A stretch of 54,828 bases of DNA, taken from Candidatus Hodarchaeota archaeon (GTDB lineage: Archaea > Asgardarchaeota > Lokiarchaeia > Sigyniarchaeales > SOKP01). This document shows, one piece after another, positions 1 through 8,782 of this stretch. Under the pieces are notes generated by a model that saw only the letters and a program-made list of their open reading frames with translations, ran no database searches and had not been told where the DNA came from. The stretch covers positions 1 to 54,828 of the forward strand of contig JBHLKA010000003.1 of NCBI GenBank assembly GCA_048887145.1, read 5' to 3'. Within the stretch, counting starts at the first letter, position 1, and each line of letters begins with the position of its first letter. The position numbers and the translations under genes are program-made.

Positions 1-132
1 AAATAAGTCATCTAAAGACTTAAGTAAGACGTTACCTTTTTAAGAAAAAACACATACATTTTTTTATTACAATCAATACTTTTTGTTTAAAGGAAATATT
101 GTTCAAAAAAAAAAAAATAAATATGATCTAGC

Positions 133-1659
133 ATGGCAATACCCCTCCCTGGAACATCGGTAATTCTCGATATCGGGTCTGCCTATACCAAAATAGGCTT
201 TGCTGGCGAGCCAGGTCCGCGTTTTGTCTTTCCCACAATTACTGGAACAGAGAAATATAAAGCTGTAATGGTGGATGTAAGTGCCAGAAATATATATGTC
301 GGAAATGATGCTGCAAAGATGCGTGGAGTTTTAAAGATCAAACGCCCTATCGAAAGGGGAGCAATAATGGATTGGAATGATTTTTATGAAATTTTAAATT
401 ATTGCTTTTATTCACTTTTAAGAATCCCTGATCTTTCTCAGTATCCTGTTTTATATACGGAGCCACCATTTTTACAGAAAGAAACTAAAGAATATATTGC
501 ACGAGTATTATTTGAAACTCACAGAGTGAAAAGCCTAATAATGGTTCCTACGCCTATATTATCCATGTTTAGTGTAGGATTAACTTCAGGTTTAATCCTT
601 GAAAGTGGAGATGGTATTACTTGGATTGTTCCAATCATTAATGGCCAAATTATTGATCAATCCGTACAAAAGTTAACATTAGGAGGTACTGACGTTAATC
701 AATATCTGAAAAATTTGCTAATGAGAGAAGGTATTCATATAGAATCTAGTGCTGTTGATGAAATTATAAAAGATATGAAAGAAAAGAATTGTTATTTCGT
801 ATTGGATCCAAAAAAACCTCCAAAACAAGATGAAAGATTTAATATTGCTATGCCAGATGGTTCTACTATAAATATTCCACATTATATTTTTCATGAGGCA
901 CCTGAAGTACTATTCCAACCTAATTTAGTGGGATATCCGATAAGTAATATTCCTCAAGCTATTATTACAAGTCTACAAGGGATTGATAAATATTATTGGA
1001 GTGAATTATTATCACATATGGTTATTTCAGGTGGAAATTTTTCATACTCTGGTTTTGAAGCAAGGTTAAGAATAGAATTAACAAAGCTACTCCCTCAATT
1101 AGGAAAAATTCCTAAACCGAAAAAACAGAGCCCTAAGGCTAAGGAAAAGACGAATCTAAAGCCAATTGAAGGTTCGAAGAAAAAGAAAGATAATTGTCCT
1201 CACTGTGGAATCCTTGTAGATTTATCTGATGAAAAAGAATTGTGTCCTAATTGTGGTGGTAGAATTGCATTACCAGAGCTTTCTATTAATATAAAAAAAA
1301 CTAGTAAAAAGGCTCCCGTCATTGATGGTAAACTCTTATGTCCTCATTGTGGAAAGGAAATAACTGATATCGACTCTCTCTTTTGTCCATATTGTGGAAA
1401 AAACGTAGAATCACCCGATTTAGAAGAGATATCAAAAAAAGTTATTGATGAAGCACCTCCAGCTAAAGAGTTTGCTGGTTTTTATGATTCCTCAGAGGAA
1501 ATCCTTAGATTCTATGTTCCCGATAATCTTGAATATGCCATTTTTAGTGGAGCAACAATTTTAGGAACACTTCCCTCATTTCAAGGGTTATTTATTACCC
1601 ATGAGCAATTTCTTTCCAATAGTGATCTTTTATACAAAGATATAAGCGAAATTTTTTAG
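133..1659 (+). CDS. Actin-related protein (Asgard ARP) with inserted double zinc-ribbon domain
   Basis: Actin motifs ILDIGSAYTKIGFAG, PIERG, VLYTEPP, LESGDG, KEKNCY, PEVLFQP, VISGG and a C-terminal GATILGTLPSFQGLFIT. An insert carries CPHCG..CPNCGG and CPHCG..CPYCG. Confidence 0.93.
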   Translation: MAIPLPGTSVILDIGSAYTKIGFAGEPGPRFVFPTITGTEKYKAVMVDVSARNIYVGNDAAKMRGVLKIKRPIERGAIMDWNDFYEILNYCFYSLLRIPDLSQYPVLYTEPPFLQKETKEYIARVLFETHRVKSLIMVPTPILSMFSVGLTSGLILESGDGITWIVPIINGQIIDQSVQKLTLGGTDVNQYLKNLLMREGIHIESSAVDEIIKDMKEKNCYFVLDPKKPPKQDERFNIAMPDGSTINIPHYIFHEAPEVLFQPNLVGYPISNIPQAIITSLQGIDKYYWSELLSHMVISGGNFSYSGFEARLRIELTKLLPQLGKIPKPKKQSPKAKEKTNLKPIEGSKKKKDNCPHCGILVDLSDEKELCPNCGGRIALPELSINIKKTSKKAPVIDGKLLCPHCGKEITDIDSLFCPYCGKNVESPDLEEISKKVIDEAPPAKEFAGFYDSSEEILRFYVPDNLEYAIFSGATILGTLPSFQGLFITHEQFLSNSDLLYKDISEIF

Positions 1660-1805
1660 AATATTTTCCCAAAATTTCCCTATTCATTCTTCCCAAAATT
1701 TTATCCAAAAATTCTGACTTATCTCTTATAATATAGTTAATTTTTAATTTCAAGTTAAATTAAAAAAATTAAAACTTATTTAAGACTATATTGAGGTTTT
1801 CTTAA

Positions 1806-2888
1806 TTGAAAAATAAACTACGTAGCTTAACAATAATAACTTTAATGTTTACGGTATTTTTAATATTTATTCCAGTAGTTTCAGCGAAAACGAGACAGAG
1901 TTATTTAGCAGATTTTCTTTTTCAAAACCAAATAGGAAATGAACAATTTGGTAATTCATATAAGGATACCTCATATGCTTTAGAAATAATTAACTATTAC
2001 GATTTGTATGAAACTAAAGTTGATAAACAAACTTTTATTGAGAATTTAGAAATAAAGTTGCAAGAAATGTTTGATAATGGAGAAATTGATCTATATGAGT
2101 TATATTATTTATTAAGTTCATTAGATATCCTAAATGAATTAGACACACTAGATTCAAATTATAAAGATAAGATACATGAATATATTAATCAGACGGAGCA
2201 GATTTCTGGAGGATATGCAATAACAAATACATCTACATCAGCAAATCTGGTCTCAACATATTTGGTATACAATATTTATAGCTTATTAGAAGAACCAATT
2301 TTTAATCAAACAACTCATTTAAATTGGATCTTATCGTGTAATAATACTGATGGCGGTTATGGAGGAAATCAAACATTACCTTCTACAATAGTAACAACCT
2401 ATTGTGCAGTATATTTAGTCAGTAAATTAACTACTGTAGATGATCTTGAAAATAAAACTGCTACTTTAAATTACATATTTTCATTCTATTGTGATGATCC
2501 GCTTGATTCAGATAATTATGGAGGATTTTTCCCTGATTTAATCGCAAACAATGCGTTGTTAAGTAGTACTTATTACTGTATTGAATCTATCGAATTAATT
2601 GATGATTCAACATTAAATCCTCCAGCAACTACAGATTGGATATTGGATCGCCAAAATTTTCAAGACGGAGGATTTGTAGATGATCCTAGTGAGCATGAAG
2701 AAGGACTCTCCTCTATATCTGCAACTTATCATGCATTTAAAATACTATATATATTAAATGCTCTTGATCATTTAAATCAAGATGTCTTTATGGTAGAATT
2801 CAATTATATAATTTTGATAATAGTACTTTCAGTTATAGGTATAATAGCTGTAATAATTGTAATTATTTGGAGAAAAAGAAAATTGTAA
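1806..2888 (+). CDS. Secreted, C-terminally membrane-anchored prenyltransferase/squalene-oxidase repeat (alpha/alpha barrel) protein
   Basis: Signal-peptide-like N-terminus; repeats QISGGYA, NTDGGYG, NYGGFF and QDGGFV each preceded by W/Y-I-x; C-terminal hydrophobic helix followed by RKRKL; several N-x-S/T sequons. Confidence 0.75.
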   Translation: MKNKLRSLTIITLMFTVFLIFIPVVSAKTRQSYLADFLFQNQIGNEQFGNSYKDTSYALEIINYYDLYETKVDKQTFIENLEIKLQEMFDNGEIDLYELYYLLSSLDILNELDTLDSNYKDKIHEYINQTEQISGGYAITNTSTSANLVSTYLVYNIYSLLEEPIFNQTTHLNWILSCNNTDGGYGGNQTLPSTIVTTYCAVYLVSKLTTVDDLENKTATLNYIFSFYCDDPLDSDNYGGFFPDLIANNALLSSTYYCIESIELIDDSTLNPPATTDWILDRQNFQDGGFVDDPSEHEEGLSSISATYHAFKILYILNALDHLNQDVFMVEFNYIILIIVLSVIGIIAVIIVIIWRKRKL

Positions 2889-3000
2889 CCCTTTCTCTAT
2901 ATTTAATAATCTTCTAATAACATTTAATTAAATTTGCGATTAACAATTTCATATATTGACTTTTAAATTCATAAAATTAATTTGCTTAATTAGATTAACC

Positions 3001-3861
3001 ATGGAAAAAATCCTTGATGGAAAAAAATTAGCAGAAAAACTTAATTCTGAGTTAAAGCAAGAAATTAATAATATTTTTAACAAAACTGGAGTTAGGCCAA
3101 AATTAGCTGCAATATTAGTAAATGAAGATCCTGGTTCAGAAATATATGTAAATATGAAGAGGAAGAAATGTGCTGAGGTTGGTATTGAATCTGTCTTGAT
3201 TAAGTTGGATAAAGGCATTTCAGAAAATATATTATTGGAGGAGATACATAAACTTAATAATGATGATACTGTTCATGGTATTCTTTTGCAATTGCCTCTT
3301 CCAACTAAATTAAAAGAGGTTACAAATAAGTTTATAGAAAAAATCTCTCCACTTAAAGATGTAGACGGTTTTAATCCGATTAATAAAGGTTTGCTTTTTG
3401 ATTATAACGAAGAATTAGCACCATGTACTCCGAAAGGAATAATTGCCCTTCTTGAATACTATGAAATAGAACTTAAGGGAAAAGACATAGTAATCATCAA
3501 TCGTTCCAATTTAGTGGGGAAACCACTTATTTTTATGCTTCTAAAACGAAATGCAACTATAACTGTTTGTCATACGTCAACAAAGAATATAGATAAGCAC
3601 TTAAAAAGAGCGGATATATTAATAGTTGCTGTAGGGAAACCTAAGTTTATAACAAAAGAAAAAATTAAAGAAGGAGCTATTATTGTTGATGTAGGACAAA
3701 GCAGGATTGAAGGAAAATTATTAGGAGATGTTGATTTTAACAACGTTTTTGAAAAATGTGGAGCGATTACCCCGACACCAGGGGGAGTTGGACCGCTTAC
3801 AGTAGCATTTTTACTCCAGAATACCTTCATTGCATACAATAAGCAGTTAAAAATTAACTAA
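3001..3861 (+). CDS. folD: Bifunctional methylenetetrahydrofolate dehydrogenase/cyclohydrolase
   Basis: ILDGK, YVNMK, HGILLQLPLP, KDVDG, PCTPKG, RSNLVGKP, TPTPGGVGP. The ATG at 3001 fits the family N-terminus better than the TTG at 2956. Confidence 0.96.
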   Translation: MEKILDGKKLAEKLNSELKQEINNIFNKTGVRPKLAAILVNEDPGSEIYVNMKRKKCAEVGIESVLIKLDKGISENILLEEIHKLNNDDTVHGILLQLPLPTKLKEVTNKFIEKISPLKDVDGFNPINKGLLFDYNEELAPCTPKGIIALLEYYEIELKGKDIVIINRSNLVGKPLIFMLLKRNATITVCHTSTKNIDKHLKRADILIVAVGKPKFITKEKIKEGAIIVDVGQSRIEGKLLGDVDFNNVFEKCGAITPTPGGVGPLTVAFLLQNTFIAYNKQLKIN

Positions 3862-3972
3862 TAACTTTTGAAAACAATTTATATTAAGAATTTATAATAA
3901 TAATATACAATATTATAAATTTTTAAATGAGTATTGTAAAAATATTATATTCTTCTGCAGTGAGAGAACAGA

Positions 3973-4425
3973 ATGGCTATTCTTGAAGTTGGAATAAATT
4001 TGGGAATACATAATCTTATTGAAATTAAATATTATTCCTCATCAGATAATTTATTAGATCCCAACCTAAGAGCAGGATTTCTTTCTGCATTAGAATCATT
4101 TACACATGAAGTATTTGGAGATGACATAAATGTTGTTTCTTTAGCCTCATTTAAACTTGTATGCTATTGTGATTTAATTGCTTTACCTAATGATCCTTCA
4201 AATAGCCAACCATTATTATCATATGCAATTATTGAAAAAGAAACAGATGCAGAAATAGTTAAAAAACTCTTGGGTCAAATCAATTCACACTTTTTAAATA
4301 GATATTCTCTAAATGATATTTTTTCAAAAAAAGATAAATACTTTAATAAATTTGTTGATAGAATAAACGAAATTCTCGGAGATTTAAGATTAAAAACTGA
4401 AGATCGATTTAGGTCGATTTTTTAA
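3973..4425 (+). CDS. Longin-like domain protein (Asgard type)
   Basis: 150 aa with a beta-beta-alpha-beta-beta-beta-alpha-alpha pattern and the DPNLRAGFLSALESF helix typical of Asgard longin-like proteins. Confidence 0.65.
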   Translation: MAILEVGINLGIHNLIEIKYYSSSDNLLDPNLRAGFLSALESFTHEVFGDDINVVSLASFKLVCYCDLIALPNDPSNSQPLLSYAIIEKETDAEIVKKLLGQINSHFLNRYSLNDIFSKKDKYFNKFVDRINEILGDLRLKTEDRFRSIF

Positions 4426-4476
4426 AAAGAAAAAATCAAATCTAAATATATTGATATTTGATGGTGATTGATGTTT

Positions 4477-5679
4477 ATGAGTTCGAATATTGGACCAGAA
4501 GCAAAAGCAGCTTATCAGAAGTATTTGGATGCTTCTACTTTGGAGGAAAAAATTAATCGATTGGAAGAATTTATATCCCTTGTTCCTAAACATAAAGCAA
4601 CTGAGAATATAGTAGCTTTAAATAAATCTCGTCTTGCAAAATTAAAAAGAGAGCAAGAAGAGGAAAAAATTCGAAAAAAAAGTACAGCAAAATTAATTAG
4701 CCCCTTTTCAATTAAAAAAGAAGGTATTCAAGTTATTTTAATAAGTGATTATTGCACTCCAGGTGTAGGTAAAACATCCTTATTAAATTTATTAACAGGA
4801 GCAGCCGAAGAAAAAATAGGTAAATTTACAGCCTTACCAGAAATTGGCATTTATGAGTATAATAAGATTAGATTCCAAGTTGTTGATATGCCCTCAATAA
4901 TGAAAGGTGCGTCAACTGGAATAGGTAATGGTAAAGAAGTTCTCTCACAATTACGATCCTGTGATTTAATATGTTTCTGTATAGATTTATCTCGGAATTA
5001 CGAGAACCAGATGAAATTACTATTAAATGAGTTAGATCAGGCTAACATTCGGCTCAATATTTCACCTCCGCCCGTATCAATTGAAAAAACTGGGTCTAAT
5101 AAAGTTCAGGTTTTTTATCTTACAAGTGAAGCAAAAGATACCGAAAAATTTGAAGAATTAACAGAGAAAATAAAAGAACTGGTTAACGCAAGCGGTATGA
5201 GAAATGCTATTGTAAAAATTTATGGTGAGATAACCCTTGATGAAATAGTCGATACATTGAATCCATCTGTTGTATATAAAAAGGCAATAATTATTGGAAC
5301 TAAGGGGGATCTTCCTCAAACAGAGAAAAAATTTGAAAAATTAAAAAAATTCTATTCACATATGTTCCCAATTATAATAGGGACAAGTGTAAAAAAAGCT
5401 GAAGTGCCAGATAATTTAGGAGAAATAATTTTAAAATTTTTAGGAAAAATTAAAATATATACTATGCATAAAGGAGTCATTGCTGAGAAACCATTGGTAA
5501 TAGATACGGAACCTAATGAGCCTTTAATTAAAGATGTTGCTTTAAAAATTCATAAAAGTTTCTATGATCAATTTGATCATGCTGTAGTTATTAGAGCTTC
5601 CGACCGTCAAAAGCGCAAAAAAGTAGGACTAGATTATGAAGTAAAAGATAATGATATTATCGAATTATTTACCAAATAG
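4477..5679 (+). CDS. DRG/OBG-family GTPase-like protein with C-terminal TGS domain (degenerate G motifs)
   Basis: PKHKATE N-terminal DRG motif, PGVGKT, DMPS, G.G.GKEVLS, TKGD, KIYT and VGLDYEVKDNDIIE (TGS). SD-like GGTGA at 4463-4467, 9 nt before ATG 4477. Confidence 0.88.
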   Translation: MSSNIGPEAKAAYQKYLDASTLEEKINRLEEFISLVPKHKATENIVALNKSRLAKLKREQEEEKIRKKSTAKLISPFSIKKEGIQVILISDYCTPGVGKTSLLNLLTGAAEEKIGKFTALPEIGIYEYNKIRFQVVDMPSIMKGASTGIGNGKEVLSQLRSCDLICFCIDLSRNYENQMKLLLNELDQANIRLNISPPPVSIEKTGSNKVQVFYLTSEAKDTEKFEELTEKIKELVNASGMRNAIVKIYGEITLDEIVDTLNPSVVYKKAIIIGTKGDLPQTEKKFEKLKKFYSHMFPIIIGTSVKKAEVPDNLGEIILKFLGKIKIYTMHKGVIAEKPLVIDTEPNEPLIKDVALKIHKSFYDQFDHAVVIRASDRQKRKKVGLDYEVKDNDIIELFTK

Positions 5680-5708
5680 TTCAAAGTATTATTTTAATCT
5701 ATATTAGT

Positions 5709-8393
5709 TTAATCTATACTTTTTATGCGCTCAACAATTAGAGGTATTTTATCTAATTCATTTTTATACGAAGAATCTAATTTCGGAATCCCTTTCAAAA
5801 TGTTTAAGATGCTTTCAAATGAATAGATAAGATTCTCTAGATAGTCAATAATATCACCTTTAAATATTAAAACCTTATATTCTTCTTCAAAGAATTGACT
5901 AATTTCTTCAATTGAAAGTCTATCATCAATTCTTAATGATAATAATAACTTTTCCAAATTTATTCTTCCACATTCACAATAAGGATTATCTTTACAAGTA
6001 CAATTAAAAATGTCTCTAACCCATTTTGTAATATATTCAATGAATTCATTAGAAAATTTCTTCCTTTTCCTTACGTATTCAGCATCCATCAAAGATAAAA
6101 CACTCGCACTAAAAAAATTATTACTAAAATATTTCATACTTATATTTTTAGATAAATCTGCTACAACCTTTTTTGATAAGTAAACATTTTTTAATGGTTT
6201 TAATTCAAGTACTATGTCTATGATCTTTTCAGACTTCAGTTTTAAGGCATTAATAATTTCAAAGCTTTTTTCAATTGTTAAAAAAGATTTAGCAATTGCA
6301 TGCCCCAGTTCGGATACACAATACGCTGAATTATCATTAATTAAAATTAACTTAAAATCTAATAACTTTTTAAGTAATAAATCTAAATTATAATCCGCAT
6401 TTATTAGATTCTGATTAAACTGATAAATTTGCTCTATACTTGTACTGTCTCTAAACGTTGAAATAAATGCAAGTAACTCTGTTATCGATTTATCTTCATT
6501 TGGTTCCAATTCAAAATCCTTAATTTTTCCATTTAATAATCTAATTGCTATATCTTCTTCAGTGATCTTCATTTTAGGCATATATATTTTATTAGGCTCA
6601 ACCAATACATATGCTAAACCAATATCATGTTTTCCCAATCTACCAGCTCGTCCTAACATTTGTTCGAATTCTGCAACTGTAAGGACTTTTATCCCCATTG
6701 CTAGAGATTCAAAGATAACTTGCTTTGCAGGAAAATCCACTCCTGCGGCTAAAGCAGCAGTAGCAACTACAGCTGATATTTTTTGGTTTTGAAACTCAAT
6801 TTCGATTAATTTTCTTTCTTCACTTGTTAAGCCAGAATGATACGCTTCTACCTTAATTCCTTTTGTACGTAAATAAGATGATAAAGATTCACATTTTTTT
6901 CGTGAATTAGTAAAAATTATTGATTGTCCTCTAAACCCGTAGGTTGATTTCTCAGAAAAGGCTGATTGAATTAATTTTACTATAAACTGGTGTTTTACCG
7001 ATTCGTTCAAACATAAAATTAAATGACGCTCAATAGGTACAGGTCTATTATTATAGTTAATCAAAATGCAATCTAACTTTTTTGCTAATATTTCGGGGGC
7101 ACCAATAGTCGCACTTAAATATAAAAATTGAACATGTTTAAAAATAGACTTTAATCTTGCTATAAGACCATCCAATAAGTAACCTCTTTCAGAGTCGATG
7201 AGGTTTTGAATTTCATCAATTATTATTGTACCAATTGTCCCTAATCTATCCTTATTTCCACTCCGTATAATGTAATCAATAGCTTCATAGGTAGCAATAA
7301 TAATATCTGCATCGATCAAATCATCTAATTCAAAATTTTCAATATTATCTAATAATGACTCACCGATCTTTTTAATGACCTTTAAATTCAACTTTCTATA
7401 TTTATTTTCGAATTCTTCCGTTCTAACATTTGCTAAAGCAACAATCGGTACTAAATATAGCATTTTAAGCTTTTTTTGTAATACTTTTGTAATCCCTGCT
7501 ATTTCTCCTATTAAAGTTTTTCCTGAAGATGTAGGCGCCATAACAATTTGATTATTATTGATTTTTAATAATCCTTTTTCAATTGAAATTGCTTGAATAG
7601 GTAATAAGGTTTGAATTCCTTGTTCCTTTAACAAATTTTGAAATTTATTAGGTATTATAACCTCGTCAATAGAATAATTTAAGTATTTTTTGCTTAATTT
7701 AGGGCTTTTCTCAATATCATATAGGGTGAGATCTCTATTTCTTACTGGATTAAAATCTGCTTTAAAACTGATTAATACGTTATCAATATTTTTAAACTTT
7801 AAGAGCATATGATTGAAAAAGTTTTTTAATTTTGGGCTGATCCTTTCAGTTGAAATTAAACCAGTTAGCTTAGCACGGTTCAGAACAATCTCTAAAGCAC
7901 ATTCAGAACAAATTATTTGGTCTTTAAGTGATTTTATTTGTTGATTTTTGTTTAAAATATTAAAATTATTATTTTCCAGGCACATTCTGCAAAAAGTCAA
8001 ATCTATTATTTTTTCTGTATTTATATGGAAGCTTTTAAACATTTTCTTAATATTTAAAAGATATTGTGAATCACTATGACTTGGAAATGCAATAAATTCA
8101 TTCTTATCTGAAAGTAGGAACCTTCTGAATAGTTTTGGATCGATTGGCTCTTTAGTGCCATCTTTTAATATTTTTACAAAAGATAATGGACGGAATTTAT
8201 TTTTAAAATCTAATCCAAAGAGAACTATTCCTCTAAAAAAGGGTTTATTAACATAGGTAATTGTTTTGGTTTTTTTACTAAAAGATTTCAAGTAAAAGAA
8301 ATTTACGTTAAATAAAGGTTCTTTTTTGCTTTCATAATTTCTATCTAATACAATAAAAAATTTTCTTTTAATTATACTCAATAGAAATACCAC
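5709..8393 (-). CDS. Archaea-specific Ski2-like SF2 helicase (ASH-Ski2/COG1202, DUF5814 C-terminus)
   Basis: APTSSGKTL, LVPIVALAN, DEIQ, LSAT, YHSGL, TAALAAGVDFP, QMLGRAGR; N-terminal CxxC..CxxC and C-terminal CTCKDNPYCECG. Confidence 0.88.
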   Translation of the reverse strand: MVFLLSIIKRKFFIVLDRNYESKKEPLFNVNFFYLKSFSKKTKTITYVNKPFFRGIVLFGLDFKNKFRPLSFVKILKDGTKEPIDPKLFRRFLLSDKNEFIAFPSHSDSQYLLNIKKMFKSFHINTEKIIDLTFCRMCLENNNFNILNKNQQIKSLKDQIICSECALEIVLNRAKLTGLISTERISPKLKNFFNHMLLKFKNIDNVLISFKADFNPVRNRDLTLYDIEKSPKLSKKYLNYSIDEVIIPNKFQNLLKEQGIQTLLPIQAISIEKGLLKINNNQIVMAPTSSGKTLIGEIAGITKVLQKKLKMLYLVPIVALANVRTEEFENKYRKLNLKVIKKIGESLLDNIENFELDDLIDADIIIATYEAIDYIIRSGNKDRLGTIGTIIIDEIQNLIDSERGYLLDGLIARLKSIFKHVQFLYLSATIGAPEILAKKLDCILINYNNRPVPIERHLILCLNESVKHQFIVKLIQSAFSEKSTYGFRGQSIIFTNSRKKCESLSSYLRTKGIKVEAYHSGLTSEERKLIEIEFQNQKISAVVATAALAAGVDFPAKQVIFESLAMGIKVLTVAEFEQMLGRAGRLGKHDIGLAYVLVEPNKIYMPKMKITEEDIAIRLLNGKIKDFELEPNEDKSITELLAFISTFRDSTSIEQIYQFNQNLINADYNLDLLLKKLLDFKLILINDNSAYCVSELGHAIAKSFLTIEKSFEIINALKLKSEKIIDIVLELKPLKNVYLSKKVVADLSKNISMKYFSNNFFSASVLSLMDAEYVRKRKKFSNEFIEYITKWVRDIFNCTCKDNPYCECGRINLEKLLLSLRIDDRLSIEEISQFFEEEYKVLIFKGDIIDYLENLIYSFESILNILKGIPKLDSSYKNELDKIPLIVERIKSID

Positions 8394-8489
8394 TAAAATC
8401 TATATTAATAAGATAAGAAATGAAAAATATTAATTCAACTTTACTTATATAAACATTTCAAAAATGAAAGTGAGAAAAAGAATTGAGAA

Positions 8490-8651
8490 TTAAAAACCAA
8501 AAACTTGTTTTATTTTGTCATAAATTTCCTTGATCTGTCTAAGTTTTGTTTCGTCTCCTTGGTTTAGAAAGTGTTCAATCCATTGTTGTAACCCACCTTG
8601 TTGAATCCATTGCAGAAAATACTCAACTGCTTGGCGTTCGTCAGCAGACAT
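8490..8651 (-). CDS. Small 53-aa hypothetical helical protein (absent from the ORF track)
   Basis: Read manually: MSADERQAVEYFLQWIQQGGLQQWIEHFLNQGDETKLRQIKEIYDKIKQVFGF*. It is more GC-rich than the flanking intergenic DNA and fills the gap between two genes. Confidence 0.75.
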   Translation of the reverse strand: MSADERQAVEYFLQWIQQGGLQQWIEHFLNQGDETKLRQIKEIYDKIKQVFGF

Positions 8652-8782
8652 TTTTTTTCTTAGTTTTTTTTGTTTATAATTATAATTTATTTCTATATAA
8701 AATTATAAATTATTCTATTTTATATCTTTATAATTTTAATCTAATTAATTAAAAGTTTATAAAAAAATAGAGTGAGATCTTT

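Noticed and set aside
4-22. TAAGTC-N7-GACTTA inverted repeat upstream of the actin-like gene
   Set aside because: A 6-bp arm in AT-rich DNA at the window edge can arise by chance, and the upstream context is missing.
105-117. Long poly-A run upstream of the actin-like gene as a phase-variation tract
   Set aside because: A/T homopolymers are common throughout the intergenic DNA here and are prone to sequencing error.
8546-8752. 68-aa + strand ORF from the track
   Set aside because: It is the antisense shadow of the better 53-aa - strand ORF and runs into low-complexity AT-rich sequence.
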